64,000 bases of DNA from Octopus bimaculoides (taxonomy: Eukaryota), in assembly GCF_001194135.2 (NCBI RefSeq), contig NC_068987.1, forward strand, positions 7,103,983 through 7,167,982, given 5' to 3'. A program made the translations under genes and the position numbers. This document shows, in pieces, positions 39,750-52,557 of the stretch. The notes beneath the pieces are model-generated. The model was not told where the DNA came from and made no database searches. It saw nothing but the letters and a program-made list of their open reading frames with translations. Numbering within the stretch: the stretch's first letter is position 1; each line of letters starts with the position of its first letter.

Positions 39750-40215
39750 CATTAGGTGTTTCGAGTCTTTCATCATGAGACACCCTGACCAAAATGATCC
39801 ATTCGGGTTTGATCAAGCCCCTGCTAGTGGCCAGTTAGCACTGCTCTTCGAAGTAGTTCCCCTTTCAGATTCATACCTCCTTATCCATTGCTAACTTGAG
39901 GCAAATCTGCGGTTTCCACAACCATCCTGTAGAGACGGACGGGTCATCGTAACTTCTACAGACGGACGGGTCATCGTATCCTCAGCATCTCATTTCACTG
40001 CGATTGCACGTTGCTTGCCACTCTTTGCTTTGACATGACACCTATAGCTTAGTATATTTCCTTCTCTAACTCTCGTTTAACTCCACCATTCGATCCTCCC
40101 AAGGAACAAAGAGTTCTAACAGAACCACCTGCTTCGATGCATCTGAGATCAGCATCATTTCCAGCTGCGGCGATGTCGAGGCGCCATTTCACTCTCCTGA
40201 GAAGGAATTCGTTTA
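39750..40215 (-). mobile_element. Possible heavily decayed RTE-type RT fragment
   Basis: Weak motif echoes only (LGGSNGGVKRELEKEIY*AIGVM; NRSEMRC*G). GC-richer than the flanks. Confidence 0.25.
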
Positions 40216-40225
40216 TACTTTTCAT

Positions 40226-40648
40226 AGGCGCAGGAGTGGCTGTGTGGTAAGTAGCTTGCTTACCAGCCACATGGTTCCGGGTTCCGTCCCACTGCATGGC
40301 ACCTTGGGCAAGTGTCTTCTACTGTAGCCTCGGACCGTCCAAAGCTTTGTGAGTGGATTTGGTAGACGGAAAGTGTAAGAAGCCCGTCGTATATGTGTGT
40401 GTGTGTGTGCGTGTGTGTTCGTGTATCTGTGTTTGTCACCCCACCACCGCTTGACAACCGGTGTTCATGTATTTACGTCCTCCGTAACCTAGCGGTTCGG
40501 CAAATATAGGAAACCGATAGAATAAGTAACATGCTTAAAAAATAATAAGTACAGGGGTTAATTTGTTCTACTAACGTTCTTCAAGGCGGTGCTCCATTAT
40601 GGCCGCAAGCGGATGACTGAAAATGTAAAAGATAAAAAGATAAAAGAT
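40226..40648 (+). mobile_element. SINE family B, full length
   Basis: aggcgcaggagtggctgtgtggtaagtagcttgc...cgcttgacaaccgg...aaggcggtgctcc...aaaagataaaaagataaaaga. Confidence 0.92.
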
Positions 40649-42790
40649 ATTAGTTGTGGTAATGTCGACCAACGTTGAACATGATTTTATGTGACGCTTT
40701 TCTGTTTCAATCACTGTACACGCATATATTTTACCCATGATCTTTGTTAGTTTCTATAAAAAAAAAACATGTCCGTCGTATTTGTTTAAATAGCGATGAT
40801 TGGATTTAAGATAACGTGTTCAAATTAAACAATTGCATTCGTATAGAATCACTTTATCACTTTAAAACATACAACTGACAAAACTGCTGTTATATTCACT
40901 TACTTTGTGAGTATATGATTAACAAAGTCCTGTGTCCTATATATGTAACTACATAAATGATGCTGCTTCATCGTAACTTAGACGTCGATGTAAGACGTAA
41001 GACTTTGATAATTACAAACACTTTTATGAAAGAGTAAGAGTAATACATCAATGATTGAAACAAAGTATCTATAATACATTAATCAATAAATCAAAATAAT
41101 AAGACAAGATGGAATATAACAAAATATTAATAGAACAGAAATGAATGTAAGTATATTTGTGTTTTAAATGGCTATAACACGACACTGAGACGATTGAAGT
41201 TTTATGTACAGCATAGAAGAAATTCTATTCGTTAAACATTAAACATATTCTCGAGATGTAATATCGGAAACCTTTTCATTGATATCATTAGAAAAGCATT
41301 AACGATCTAAGTGAAAATAAATTGGTTTCAAGGGGAAATCAGAGAAAAAAGATAGTAACGCATATCGTTATAACTAAGAATAAATACTTAGTTCAAGTCA
41401 TCTTTTATAGTTAGTTTTTTCTTCTTAAATGATGGTTATCTTTATAATATTTCCCATCAATTCACTTTAGTTAATTCATTTCATTCTTATTGCAGCTATT
41501 TTCTCATAACATTTACGTTGTTTATTACGTTATATAGTTTACTTTTTCTCAACTGCACTCCAGGTTTCTTTAAGATATAAAATTAACTAATTATACATCA
41601 GTTTGAGAAGTTTCAATGTATTATTCCTATAACGTATAGGCAATCAATTTCTTCTGCTAGCACAAGAAGCATTTCAGAATCTAATTTATTTAATTGAAAT
41701 ACGTTTCCTTTGAAAAATCTCCGAAAGAATCAACTGATAGAGTTTGAAATCCTACCAAAAGTGGGCTCAATTACTTGTTTTATATCTGTTGTGATAATTA
41801 AGACTGTGAATTGCAAGAATCTCCATAGCGTCTAACAGAAAAGACTCAGCGATAAATAGTCACGCTCGCTCAGCATTTCTTGAACAATAAAATGAACAAC
41901 TTTCCATATTTGTGGTCAATGAAAGAGTAATCAATTGACCTCAATATTGTGCAACTAAGCTTTCGAAAAAAGACGATGAATGATGGTTCTCATTAAAGAC
42001 ACCGAGAAATGAAAATCAGTGTTTTTTTTACTAATGGATCCCAGTTTTATCAACAATATATGCAAATAAAATATTCCGTTACAGAATCACCAAACACAAT
42101 ATTTTAACTAAACCTTAGAGCATTGGATTTCTACAAGATGTGACGAAACAATTCAGACAATATAGTTTTATTTCATACTAAGATCCCTGCACCGAAATAA
42201 ACTGAACAGGAAATACACCCTCTCCCTATTGAGAGAAAGACACTAATTTGTTAGAACATATTTCATTCCAAACAAAAACAAACTCGTTACACCCACAATT
42301 GTTTCCATGCCCAATTCATTCAATTTGAGAAATTAAATTACATTAAATTAAAGTTTCCTATTGAATATTACTACTTGGATACTTTGTCAGGGGAAGAATT
42401 TGATAGAAAAGAGATACATTCTAATGCGTTGGTACATCTTTGATAGACTCAGATATGTGCGTTTTTGGTTTACAATATTTCTAGAGGAATATCTAATTTA
42501 TCATCTAGTAAGGATGTTTTTGACAAAAACGCAGACTGTTATAACATGGCACTCAGTAAAGCCGGGTATAACCAGAAGTTAAAGCACTCCGCACAAAATG
42601 TGGACCACATTGGAGTTACGGTCGAATAATTTTAAAGGACGAGATCGTAATAAAAATGGAGACAATAAAAATAAACGTCCAATAGATAATAATGATATGC
42701 AAAATATGAAAAATACTTTATTGCTTCGTACGTGGGATAATGCCCATAAAATTTGTAATAGCAATAATAGAATAAAGCGACACATATATA

Positions 42791-42895
42791 TATCTGGTCT
42801 GATCAATAAGTATCAAGACTATTGCCATAGTAACGAAGCCAATGCCTTCAGAATGAAACCACTTAACACACATTGACCTTTAGCACATTGACCTT
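42791..42895 (+). mobile_element. Left end of a mariner-like MITE (TIR-like), truncated by microsatellite
   Basis: ggtctgatcaataagtatc..gact.ttgccatagtaac resembles a mariner TIR. No partner TIR was found in the window; the call is from recall. Confidence 0.4.
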
Positions 42896-42896
42896 A

Positions 42897-43060
<164 letters not shown>

Positions 43061-43066
43061 TGTATA

Positions 43067-43141
43067 CAAGAGTGGCTGTATGGTAAGAAGCTTGCTTGCC
43101 AAGCACATGTTTCCGGCTTCAGTCCCACTACGCGGCACTTT
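43067..43141 (+). mobile_element. SINE family B head fragment
   Basis: caagagtggctgtatggtaagaagcttgcttgccaagcacatgtttccggcttcagtcccactacgcggcactttg. Confidence 0.8.
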
Positions 43142-43922
43142 GCTTGTTGTTCGCTGTACAGCTATGTTAGGAAAACCTAAGGAGAGTGACACCCATGTCA
43201 TTAGAAGAATGGGTCACCAAGACCTTGTAAGCGATCGATGGCTCTTGAACATCTTAGCACTTGAAATATAGTCGTGATGCCATTCCATCAACTATAATTT
43301 CCTTTCCAGATCATAATATTACGGCCACGTTTCATCCTGTTACCAGGTCGAAAAAAATATTTTTCGTTTCAAACATTTCCAACATATCAGAGAAGTCTTC
43401 CAGCCGTCTCTTCTTTAAATTTGATCTCAACAACCTAGGCATCCATCTTGCACATAGTTACCCCGACCATCTTCTGTAATGCTCTCCACCATTATCTGTA
43501 ATGCATTATGACCCTGTCCAATTGTGCAGCACACGCGTTCTGACTCATGTGTTTTTACGAATCAATACACTAATTTGCTGGCAATTTGTGTCAGTTGGGA
43601 TAGTTGATATTTTCCCGCTGTAGTCAATTCTGGTTTTCCCTTCTTTAACCCTCTTCATCCATCGATGCACATTTCCTTTGCCAATAATCTTATCTCCGTC
43701 AACAACCTGTAGCTTTCTGTGGATATTGGAAGACACGCACCTTGCATCGTCAAGAAATTTAATGCCAGCATGTTGCTTCTGCATGGAATCCATTTTTATC
43801 TGCTATAAAGAAGAAGACTTACTATTGAGAAAGTGTCCTAGAAACATGTGTAAATCTAGCGATCTATGTCAGCTAATAAAACAAATAAAGCCCACATTTG
43901 CATTACTCTTGGGATATTCTCG
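43142..43922 (-). pseudogene. Mariner transposase, 5' two-thirds with left TIR, decayed
   Basis: The minus strand begins TA|CGAGAATATCCCAAGAGTAATGCAA (mariner-type TIR). It then reads QKQHAGIKFL..IHRKLQVVDGD..VHRWMKRVKEGK (HTH), LCARWMPRLL (WVPHEL-equivalent), VTG-DETW across a 1-nt deletion, MEWHH and KVLVT. Confidence 0.88.
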
Positions 43923-43952
43923 TACATGTATGTATGTATGTATGTATGCATG

Positions 43953-43985
<33 letters not shown>

Positions 43986-44791
43986 TTACGACGCAGTGTG
44001 CATAATGGCCAGCTTGATTTGCAATAACACTAACAAAATCAATAAATGCAGCAGGAACAGCATAGAAGAACCATCATTTTTCTAAATGTTGCAATAAATG
44101 GAACCAAACCAATAACCAAGTGATTTCGAATATGGATGTGAATTATATTCTGAATAATATTCTTCTGTATGTATTATCGAAATAACTGGCACTTTCTTCA
44201 GATTCAATGGCATATTTACATTTTAGGTAGAGAGATTTGGCTTAATATACAAAACCGCGCTTCTAGCATACGGATGGATGGCTTTTTTTTTTCTTTGAAG
44301 AATGAATAAAATGTAAGTTTCATTAACGTTAGTAGTGAAAGGAAATGGATCAATGACAATGCCATGCATTTCTGCCAAAGACTTCACGTCGGATAGAATG
44401 GAAAGAAAATTGCAAGAACAAGAACAAATGCGATCTACTGAAGGATGACGAAACCACAAATAACAAAGGGGAAAGAAATGGAATTGTAGACGATTGCAAC
44501 ATCAAGACGGAATTCTACAAATCAGTGCAATAATTAACACAAATATCAAAAGGAAATATGATTTTCTTTCTGGATGGTTGCAGAAAGAATAGAGGGTGTA
44601 TTGTAATGTATAAAAGAAGAGAGTTTCTAAATTAGCAGCACTCACTTCCAGAGTATAATAGGTTACGAGTATTATTTCACACAGGAATAGCCATAAACAC
44701 TGAACATATACCCGCATAGACGCATATATGTCAACATATATGTGTGTATATAAATACACACTTACTCACACACACAAACATACAATATATC

Positions 44792-44871
<80 letters not shown>

Positions 44872-44972
44872 TACACACACACAAACACACNNNNNNNNNN
44901 NNNNNNNNNNNNNNNNNNNNNNNNNNNNNNNNNNNNNNNNNNNNNNNNNNNNNNNNNNNNNNNNNNNNNNNN

Positions 44973-45042
<70 letters not shown>

Positions 45043-45046
<4 letters not shown>

Positions 45047-45221
45047 TAAATATATAGGGATTGACAGTAACCTGCTTCTCCAACATACTGAGAATTCAGA
45101 AATAGCAGTCAAAGAACTACTGATTTCAAAACTACAAATTATTACTCCAGATTGACTGCTATTTCTGAATTCTCAGTATGTTGGAGAAGCAGGTTACTGT
45201 CAATCCCTATATATTTATGAT
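45043..45221. repeat. Perfect 70-bp inverted repeat (45043-45112 / 45152-45221) with 39-bp spacer
   Basis: Checked base by base: the left arm atcataaatatatagggattgacag...aatagcagtcaa is the exact reverse complement of the right arm. Confidence 0.95.
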
Positions 45222-45362
45222 TATAAATGTTTTTTACCGAAGAGGTGTTTTCATACTGAGCTACCCGGCAAAATTGTTAATTATTAATTTTATTACTAAT
45301 TGACGATTCCCTGCCCTGCATATCTATCTATCTATATATATATATATATATATATATATTTA

Positions 45363-45582
45363 CGAGGGGCTGCTAAAAAATTTCTGGCTTTGGGTAAAGG
45401 AAAATATAGGGGGATCAGTTAATTATGATTTTATTCAACATATCCCCCTCCCAGATTTACACACTCATTGCAGCGGTCCTTCAGATTTTCTAAACCCAGC
45501 AAAAAGACTCGGATGATCGGAGCTCTTCCAACCAAGCCTTTGCTGACACCCTTAAGGCCAGGAACTTTTCAGCATCCCCTTG
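45363..45582 (-). mobile_element. Mariner-derived MITE with both TIRs and TA target duplication
   Basis: TA at 45361-45362 and 45583-45584. The 26-bp TIRs match at 21/26 positions. The interior encodes GLENLKDRCNECVNLGGGYVE*, the mariner C-terminal motif. Confidence 0.88.
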
Positions 45583-45939
45583 TACCCACATATACATTCA
45601 TACTTTTATACAGATATACGTACGTAATTTGAATGTTGCTTCAAGCATTCAAGAGTAAACACGCATATAAAAAGGAGCAGTGATTTACAAAGCTGTAATA
45701 ATGCGTTTTGGATTTTGAAATAAGCCAAGAAAAACATTTTAAAATCCTAATGTTCCGGTCGAAAAAGCATTTACACGTTGACTTCATGGAACAGTAAATC
45801 TTGCTGGGATTTCAGAATTTCTATCTGTACGACAATGTAAAATCAGCAAACTTGTGAAATGTGGACAAAGTCGACGGTATTCCAATTCGAAGATATGTAG
45901 AATTCTCCCTGTGCAGCTTATCAATAATTACACTATTTA

Positions 45940-46300
45940 AGGCGGTGAGCTGGCAGAAACGTTAGCACGCCGGGCGAAATGCTTAGCGGTATTTCGTCTG
46001 CCGTTACGTTCTGAGTTCAAATTCCGCCGAGGCCGACTTTGCCTTTTATCCATTCGGGGTCGATAAATTAAGTACCGGTTACCCACTGGGGTCGATATAA
46101 TCGACTTAATCCGTTTGCTTGTCCTTGTTTGTCCCCTCTATGTTTAGCCCGTTGTGGGCAATAACGAAATAAGAAACGCTTAGCGGTATTTCGTCTGTTT
46201 ATACGTTCTAAGTTCAAATTCCGCCGAAGTCAACTTTGCCCTTCATCCCTTCAGGGTCGATAAATTAAGTACCAGTTGCGTACTAGGGTCGATTTAATAA
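45940..46300 (+). mobile_element. SINE family A full copy (45940-46176) followed by a 5'-truncated copy (46177-46300)
   Basis: The least diverged family A head: ggcggtgagctggcagaaacgttagcacgccgggcgaaatgcttagcggtatttcgtctg. The body restarts at cgcttagcggtatttcgtctg. Confidence 0.92.
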
Positions 46301-47292
46301 AAGAATGGGTGGAGTGTACCTAGCACTTCACATTGGTGGATTAAACTAAGAAATGTGGTCTCTGCACAGCTTGGTTAGTGTTAGTCTCTTAATCTATTTA
46401 GCTGTTGGCGAATTAAGCTTCGAAGGTGATACATAACAGCTCAAAGCCGTATTATTTTCAATAGATATATGAATAATGTAATTCATATGTGACCCGTAAA
46501 AAAAGAAGTAAATTCTAATTTACCTAACAAGGTTAATTAGCTTATTTTGCTTGTCTGCCTGATTGGCGATCGATTGACATAAGTATTGATCGATCAGTAG
46601 CTTGACTCGATACTGTTAATTAGATACTAGGCTTGTATTCTATTTAAAAAAAAAAAAGCTGCCAGCATATTAGTTTTTCTTCGAAACACGTCACTCAGTT
46701 AACTGATGCATGTATGTGTGTGTGTGCGTGTGTGTGTGTGTGTGCGTGTGTGTGTGTGCGTGTGCGTGTGTGTTTCTGTATGTCTGTTAGTGTATGCGTG
46801 AATGAAATTATATGTAAAACCAATTAAGCATTGAATACAAATCCTAGTTAGAATTTTTTTAAGAGACCATATATTAATTAACTTTTGCAGAAAAAGGCTG
46901 ACAGGGACTACGATAAAAAGTTGAATAAAATGAACACTTTGGAGTCACTGACAAACTTTTCCTTATGCAGATTAATCATATATCATTTTTCCTTTAGGTA
47001 TTTCAGACATTGGAATCAGTTTGTATAAGGGCACTCCCTTCGAGAAATTAGTTGAATAAATCAACCCCAGTATCTGTTTCCTGCAAAGTCCGGCTCTTAT
47101 TCTGTCGATATCGTTTGATAGGCTTGCATACAATTTCTGTGTACGCATTGTTTAAACGGGTGCTTCATAAGCATAGAGCATTATATACACGTATGCATAT
47201 TTACATACACACGTACATGCATACATACTTACGCATATAAAAAATATATATGTATATGTATACGTACACAGAAGGATATACTAATATATGCG

Positions 47293-47323
<31 letters not shown>

Positions 47324-47596
47324 GTACACACAGAAACACTAGTTCTTGTACGACAACTACAGAGGAATACAGAGATCCACTTGGAGTATCATCATCCAGT
47401 CTACTTCTTGCAAAATGATGTAGTTACTACTGTAACTTGTAGTATTGCTGATTATATTATACAAAGTAAATGCTAGAAAATATAAGATAAATAGGACACG
47501 CAGTGTATACGATTTGCGTCCTACACACGTTTCGCCCTTGTGGCTATATGCCCAACAACCAATTGTTATAAACACCCTTTAGTATTTATCATAATC

Positions 47597-47646
<50 letters not shown>

Positions 47647-48525
47647 CACGCATACCGACACCCATATTCGTATGTATAGTGAAATAAAAATCGATCCAGC
47701 TTAAAAGTGGACATCCCAAATTCTTCACAGATTATCATTTCCTGATCGCAATGTTATTGCATGAATTGCTGCTAAGATAAATTAATTAATTCCTCTGCGG
47801 TAATGCGTTTTGCGGTAAAATTTCTACATATACTAGATTACAGATGAAGATGGACGTAGGCAATGGTAAAAAGATGTTTCGATTTTACGACCTCGTGGAC
47901 CACAAACGGAAAAGAACCTTTTCATCATGATGGATTATTAAAGGTTGCTTCTGGCGGAAAATATTGCTGTCAATGACAGATCACAAAACATTCATAAATT
48001 GATCCGTATTGTTGAATTTCTAAGTCTTTTTCAACTATTAGATTTTAGCGTAAATAACTTGCCTAAGGACATGATGAATAAATATGATTTGTTGGGGAGT
48101 AAAATAATAGACGAATGGAAAGATCAGAATGTTGTACTACACTCTCTGGCCCGTTGATATAACGTTAATCACGGACAGAAATATACTCTGACTTTATACT
48201 AACGTTCATGAAATGACGACGACATGATGATGATGATGAAAACGCTGATGCCGACGACAGCAATAATGAGAAGGAAGAGGAGGAGTAAGGAGAGGAAAAG
48301 AAAGAGGAAGAGGTACTACGAGCAGTATTGATGAGAATCTGTGCAATGACATCAATAACTCTGATCATTATGAAGGTTTGTTCAGTACTGAAAGATGAAG
48401 AGCTGTGTAATTTTGCAGAATTTTTAATGAACTTTTCTGATTGAATAAATAAATAAATAAATAAAATTTGCTATGCGATTGTAATTTAAAGTTAAATTAA
48501 ATTTCTGTTTCAGTCTTGTATACAT

Positions 48526-48687
48526 AGGCGCAGACGTGGCTATGTGGTAAGACGCGTACTTCCCAAGCACATGGTTCTGGGTTCGGTCCCATTGCGTGGC
48601 ACCTTGAGAAAGTGTCTTCTACTATAGCCTCGAGCTGACCAAAATCTTGTAAGGGGATTTGGTAGACTGAAACTGAAAGACGCCCGC

Positions 48688-48718
<31 letters not shown>

Positions 48719-48972
48719 CTATATATATGCTCGTATGTGTGTGTGGTTTTGTGTCTGTATTTATCCGCCCACCACCACCGCTTGACAACCGGTGCTGGTG
48801 TGTTTACGTCCCCGTAACGCAGCGGTTCGGCAAAATAGACCCACAGGGTAAGTACCAGACTTAAGAAAAAATAAGTACAGGAGTCGATTCATTCGATTAA
48901 AATCCTTCGAGAAGTGCTCCAGCATGGCCGCAGTCAAATGACTGAAACACTTAAAATATAAAGGATGAAAAT
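48526..48972 (+). mobile_element. SINE family B, full length
   Basis: aggcgcagacgtggctatgtggtaag...cgcttgacaaccggtgctggtgtgtttacgtccccgtaac...gtgctccagcatggccgcagtcaaatgactgaaac. Confidence 0.9.
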
Positions 48973-49705
48973 ATACATAGTGGTTACGATATCATTTTTC
49001 TATACACCAGTATATATATATATATATAGAACATACATCCAGAAATACAACACAGCAACAGATATCCTGATACTGCAACTATGATGGCGATGGAACGTAT
49101 TCATTTCCATTTGCTGCTGCTGATCTGCCAGTTTCTGTCAGTTCCATCACATGAAACAACACGCAACTATATGTTATCGTTAAAACATCTATTTCGACAT
49201 ATTTCCTGAACCGACCAATTCTAATTCTCGCTTATTTTTATTTGGAAGTCATGTTTTTCCATCTGAAAGTCACTGTGATCCGAATCATTTGACGTATTAC
49301 AGGTAGAGACTTTACGTCCACGAATCTTCAAGCGATGTGGGACTGCTTCACATTGTTAACACTCATGCACGCACACGTACACGAACACACACACACACAC
49401 ACGCACACACACTCACGCACTCACACACATACACATATAAACAGACAGGCAAACAATGCCTGAACATAAAACTTCATATGTGTATATATATCTCGGTATT
49501 GGTAGCTTCTTTCAATAACTCAAAATCATTCTTTTTCTCTCGGTAATTTTCCTGAATTCGTATAATACACCTTGAAGAGAATTTAAAACTAATATACAAT
49601 AATAATACAAGAGCTAAAACATATTTCTTTTCTTCAGCTTACTATTGCATCATGGGATGCTCTTAATGCGATGTATTTTCCCATCAGCGAATCTCCGTCA
49701 CTCTC

Positions 49706-49737
<32 letters not shown>

Positions 49738-50297
49738 NNNNNNNNNNNNNNNNNNNNNNNNNNNNNNNNNNNNNNNNNNNNNNNNNNNNNNNNNNNNNNN
49801 NNNNNNNNNNNNNNNNNNNNNNNNNNNNNNNNNNNNNNNNNNNNNNNNNNNNNNNNNNNNNNNNNNNNNNNNNNNNNNNNNNNNNNNNNNNNNNNNNNNN
49901 NNNNNNNNNNNNNNNNNNNNNNNNNNNNNNNNNNNNNNNNNNNNNNNNNNNNNNNNNNNNNNNNNNNNNNNNNNNNNNNNNNNNNNNNNNNNNNNNNNNN
50001 NNNNNNNNNNNNNNNNNNNNNNNNNNNNNNNNNNNNNNNNNNNNNNNNNNNNNNNNNNNNNNNNNNNNNNNNNNNNNNNNNNNNNNNNNNNNNNNNNNNN
50101 NNNNNNNNNNNNNNNNNNNNNNNNNNNNNNNNNNNNNNNNNNNNNNNNNNNNNNNNNNNNNNNNNNNNNNNNNNNNNNNNNNNNNNNNNNNNNNNNNNNN
50201 NNNNNNNNNNNNNNNNNNNNNNNNNNNNNNNNNNNNNNNNNNNNNNNNNNNNNNNNNNNNNNNNNNNNNNNNNNNNNNNNNNNNNNNNNNNNNNNNN

Positions 50298-50329
<32 letters not shown>

Positions 50330-50514
50330 CATAGGTATGGTGATGTAAACAGGAAAAGTATGCTTCAAAATATGAGTATATGTATGTCTTTATTAATATT
50401 TAGCAGAAGCAATAGAATGACTCAAGGTCCGAGTGTTTTGTGCGTTTCATAAGAATGTGTGTGTGTGCATTATATATATGTGTAAGTATGTATGTGTATA
50501 TATAGTTGGAATTT

Positions 50515-50665
50515 ACAACAAAAAAAGACGAAGACAGGTGTGTAAACAACAAACGGGTGTATTAATTTAGCGCTCGAGAAGGTAAGAAAGTCTTTCACGT
50601 TTCGAGCCTACGCTCTTCAAGAGAAAGGAACACGAGGTAATAAACAGAGAGAGAATAAAAAAGAA
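50515..50665 (-). mobile_element. Probable Penelope-like terminal fragment with degenerate hammerhead motif (50592-50627)
   Basis: Minus strand: CUUU CUCUUGA A GAGC-GUAG-GCUC GAAAC GUG AAAG. Stems I and II and the palindromic ACGU stem III are intact; the core and the cleavage triplet are mutated. Confidence 0.5.
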
Positions 50666-51802
50666 AGCTTTAGTAACGATTGTTCTGCCATATCTGGAAG
50701 CTGATATAACTTAATGAGTTATGATACTTTTTTGTTTGGTATTTCCTGCATTCGTATTCAACTTTTTTTTTTAAATACCTGATACAGTTCAACGTAAGTT
50801 CTTTCTACGAGATACTCTATCATTTCATACATAAATACATATATGAATACATATGAATCGTTGTATCACGGGGGGGGGGGGAGCCTTATGTCAATATTAA
50901 ATACATGCACTACCACTACATCATCTTCATTGTTATTGGTCAATTACTCTGCTATTTACTCAATCCTGTTGGTCAGTTAATAAGACAGGTTTCTCAAGGT
51001 CCTTTCATCTCTATTCGCAACCACTTCAATGCAATACTGTCTCTACTGCACCATATAGAAAACCTATACATGCACACACACACACACACACACACATAAA
51101 CAAAAGCACAGTCCTTTCTCAGGTCAATATAAATATAAACACACAAGCGTGGTTTAGTTAATGAACAATTTTAGCACCGTTGTAGAATGTACATCCTGCT
51201 ATTAAACTACAATGTTTTTTTTTTCTTAATCGCTATGGGATAATTTTGTCCGGTTTTCGCATTTCATCGTAGATTAGTTTGGTATTTCCTGACTATAGGG
51301 AGCGTAGCAACGTGTAGACAAATGCGAGAATTAAATTGCTCTGCCCAAATATAACAAAGGAAGTATTGTTAACGTGAGAAACATAATAGATTCACTACAC
51401 AGTGTTAAGGTAGGCGGTTTTGCAAGTTAATACTTAACACTAATTTCGTATGTCTATTCATAGTATATATGAACTGACATACGACACTTAGGCTGTTGAA
51501 GTTTCATAACAATGCAAGTATTGGTAACGGGGTGTAAACAACAAATTCACAACATGACGTGGGTATAAGTAGTAATTCGGTAAGGTAAACTAATCGACGT
51601 ATAGATGCAGTGCTCTTTAGGGAAAAGTGCATATTCTGATTGAACTCAGTGTAATTTTTCTCTGCGTCCAGCAAAAGTGATCGAACCTGATGTACTTTTA
51701 CTGTGTGCCTAGCCAATGTGATTTGTTGATTCATCAGAAACCCAAACTTTATTTCCCTGCAACAAAGACAATACTAGATATTGGTGCTTTATTCTATACA
51801 TT

Positions 51803-51962
51803 GGCGCAGGAGTGGCAGTGCTGTAGGAATTATGCTTCTGAACCACCTCTTTCCAGATTCAGTTCCAATACATTACACCTCACGCAAGTACCTTCTACAA
51901 AAGGCTTATGGCTACCAAAACCTAGTGTCTGGGTTTGGCAGAAAGAAATTGAAAGAAATCTG

Positions 51963-51965
<3 letters not shown>
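51803..51965 (+). mobile_element. SINE family B 5' half, strongly decayed
   Basis: ggcgcaggagtggcagtg...ttcagttcc...cgcaagtaccttctac...gggtttggcagaaagaaattgaaagaa. Confidence 0.65.
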
Positions 51966-52002
<37 letters not shown>

Positions 52003-52171
52003 TCGATAATATTTTTGAAAATACATGCTTATTATAGACTTTGGCTAACGGATGCGCAATCCTATACACNNNNNNNNNNNNNNNNNNNNNNNNNNNNNNN
52101 NNNNNNNNNNNNNNNNNNNNNNNNNNNNNNNNNNNNNNNNNNNNNNNNNNNNNNNNNNNGAGGTACAAAGT

Positions 52172-52557
52172 GGAGGCGCAATGGCCCAGTGGTTAGGGCA
52201 GCGGCCTCGTGGTCATAGGATCGCGGTTTCGATTCCCATACCGGGCGTTGTGAGTGTTTATTGAGCGAAAACACCTAAAGCTCCACGAGGCTCCGGCAGG
52301 GGATGATGGAGAACCCTGCTGTACTCTTTCACCACAACTTTCTCTCACTCTTTCTTCCTGTTTCTGTTGTGCCTGTAATTCAAAGGGTCGGCCTTGGCAC
52401 ACTGTGTCACGCTGAATCTCCCCCGAGAACTACGTTAAGGGTACACGTGTCTGTGGAGTGCTCAGCCGCTTGCACGTTAATTTCACGAGCAGGCTGTTCC
52501 GTTGATCGGATCAACTAGAACCCTCAACGTCGTAAGCGACAGAGTGCCAACAACAAC
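52172..52557 (+). mobile_element. SINE family C, full length, with 12-bp target-site duplication
   Basis: A box TGGCCCAGTGG, B-box-like GGTTTCGATTCC and a (CAA)n tail. Flanks are gaggtacaaagt (52160-52171) and gaggtacaaaat (52558-52569). Confidence 0.93.

Noticed and set aside
44340-44520. Protein-like open frames of 30-58 codons (also 46999-47060 and 47835-47950)
   Set aside because: They are short, lack a convincing acceptor/donor pair in a consistent phase, and show no recognisable homology.
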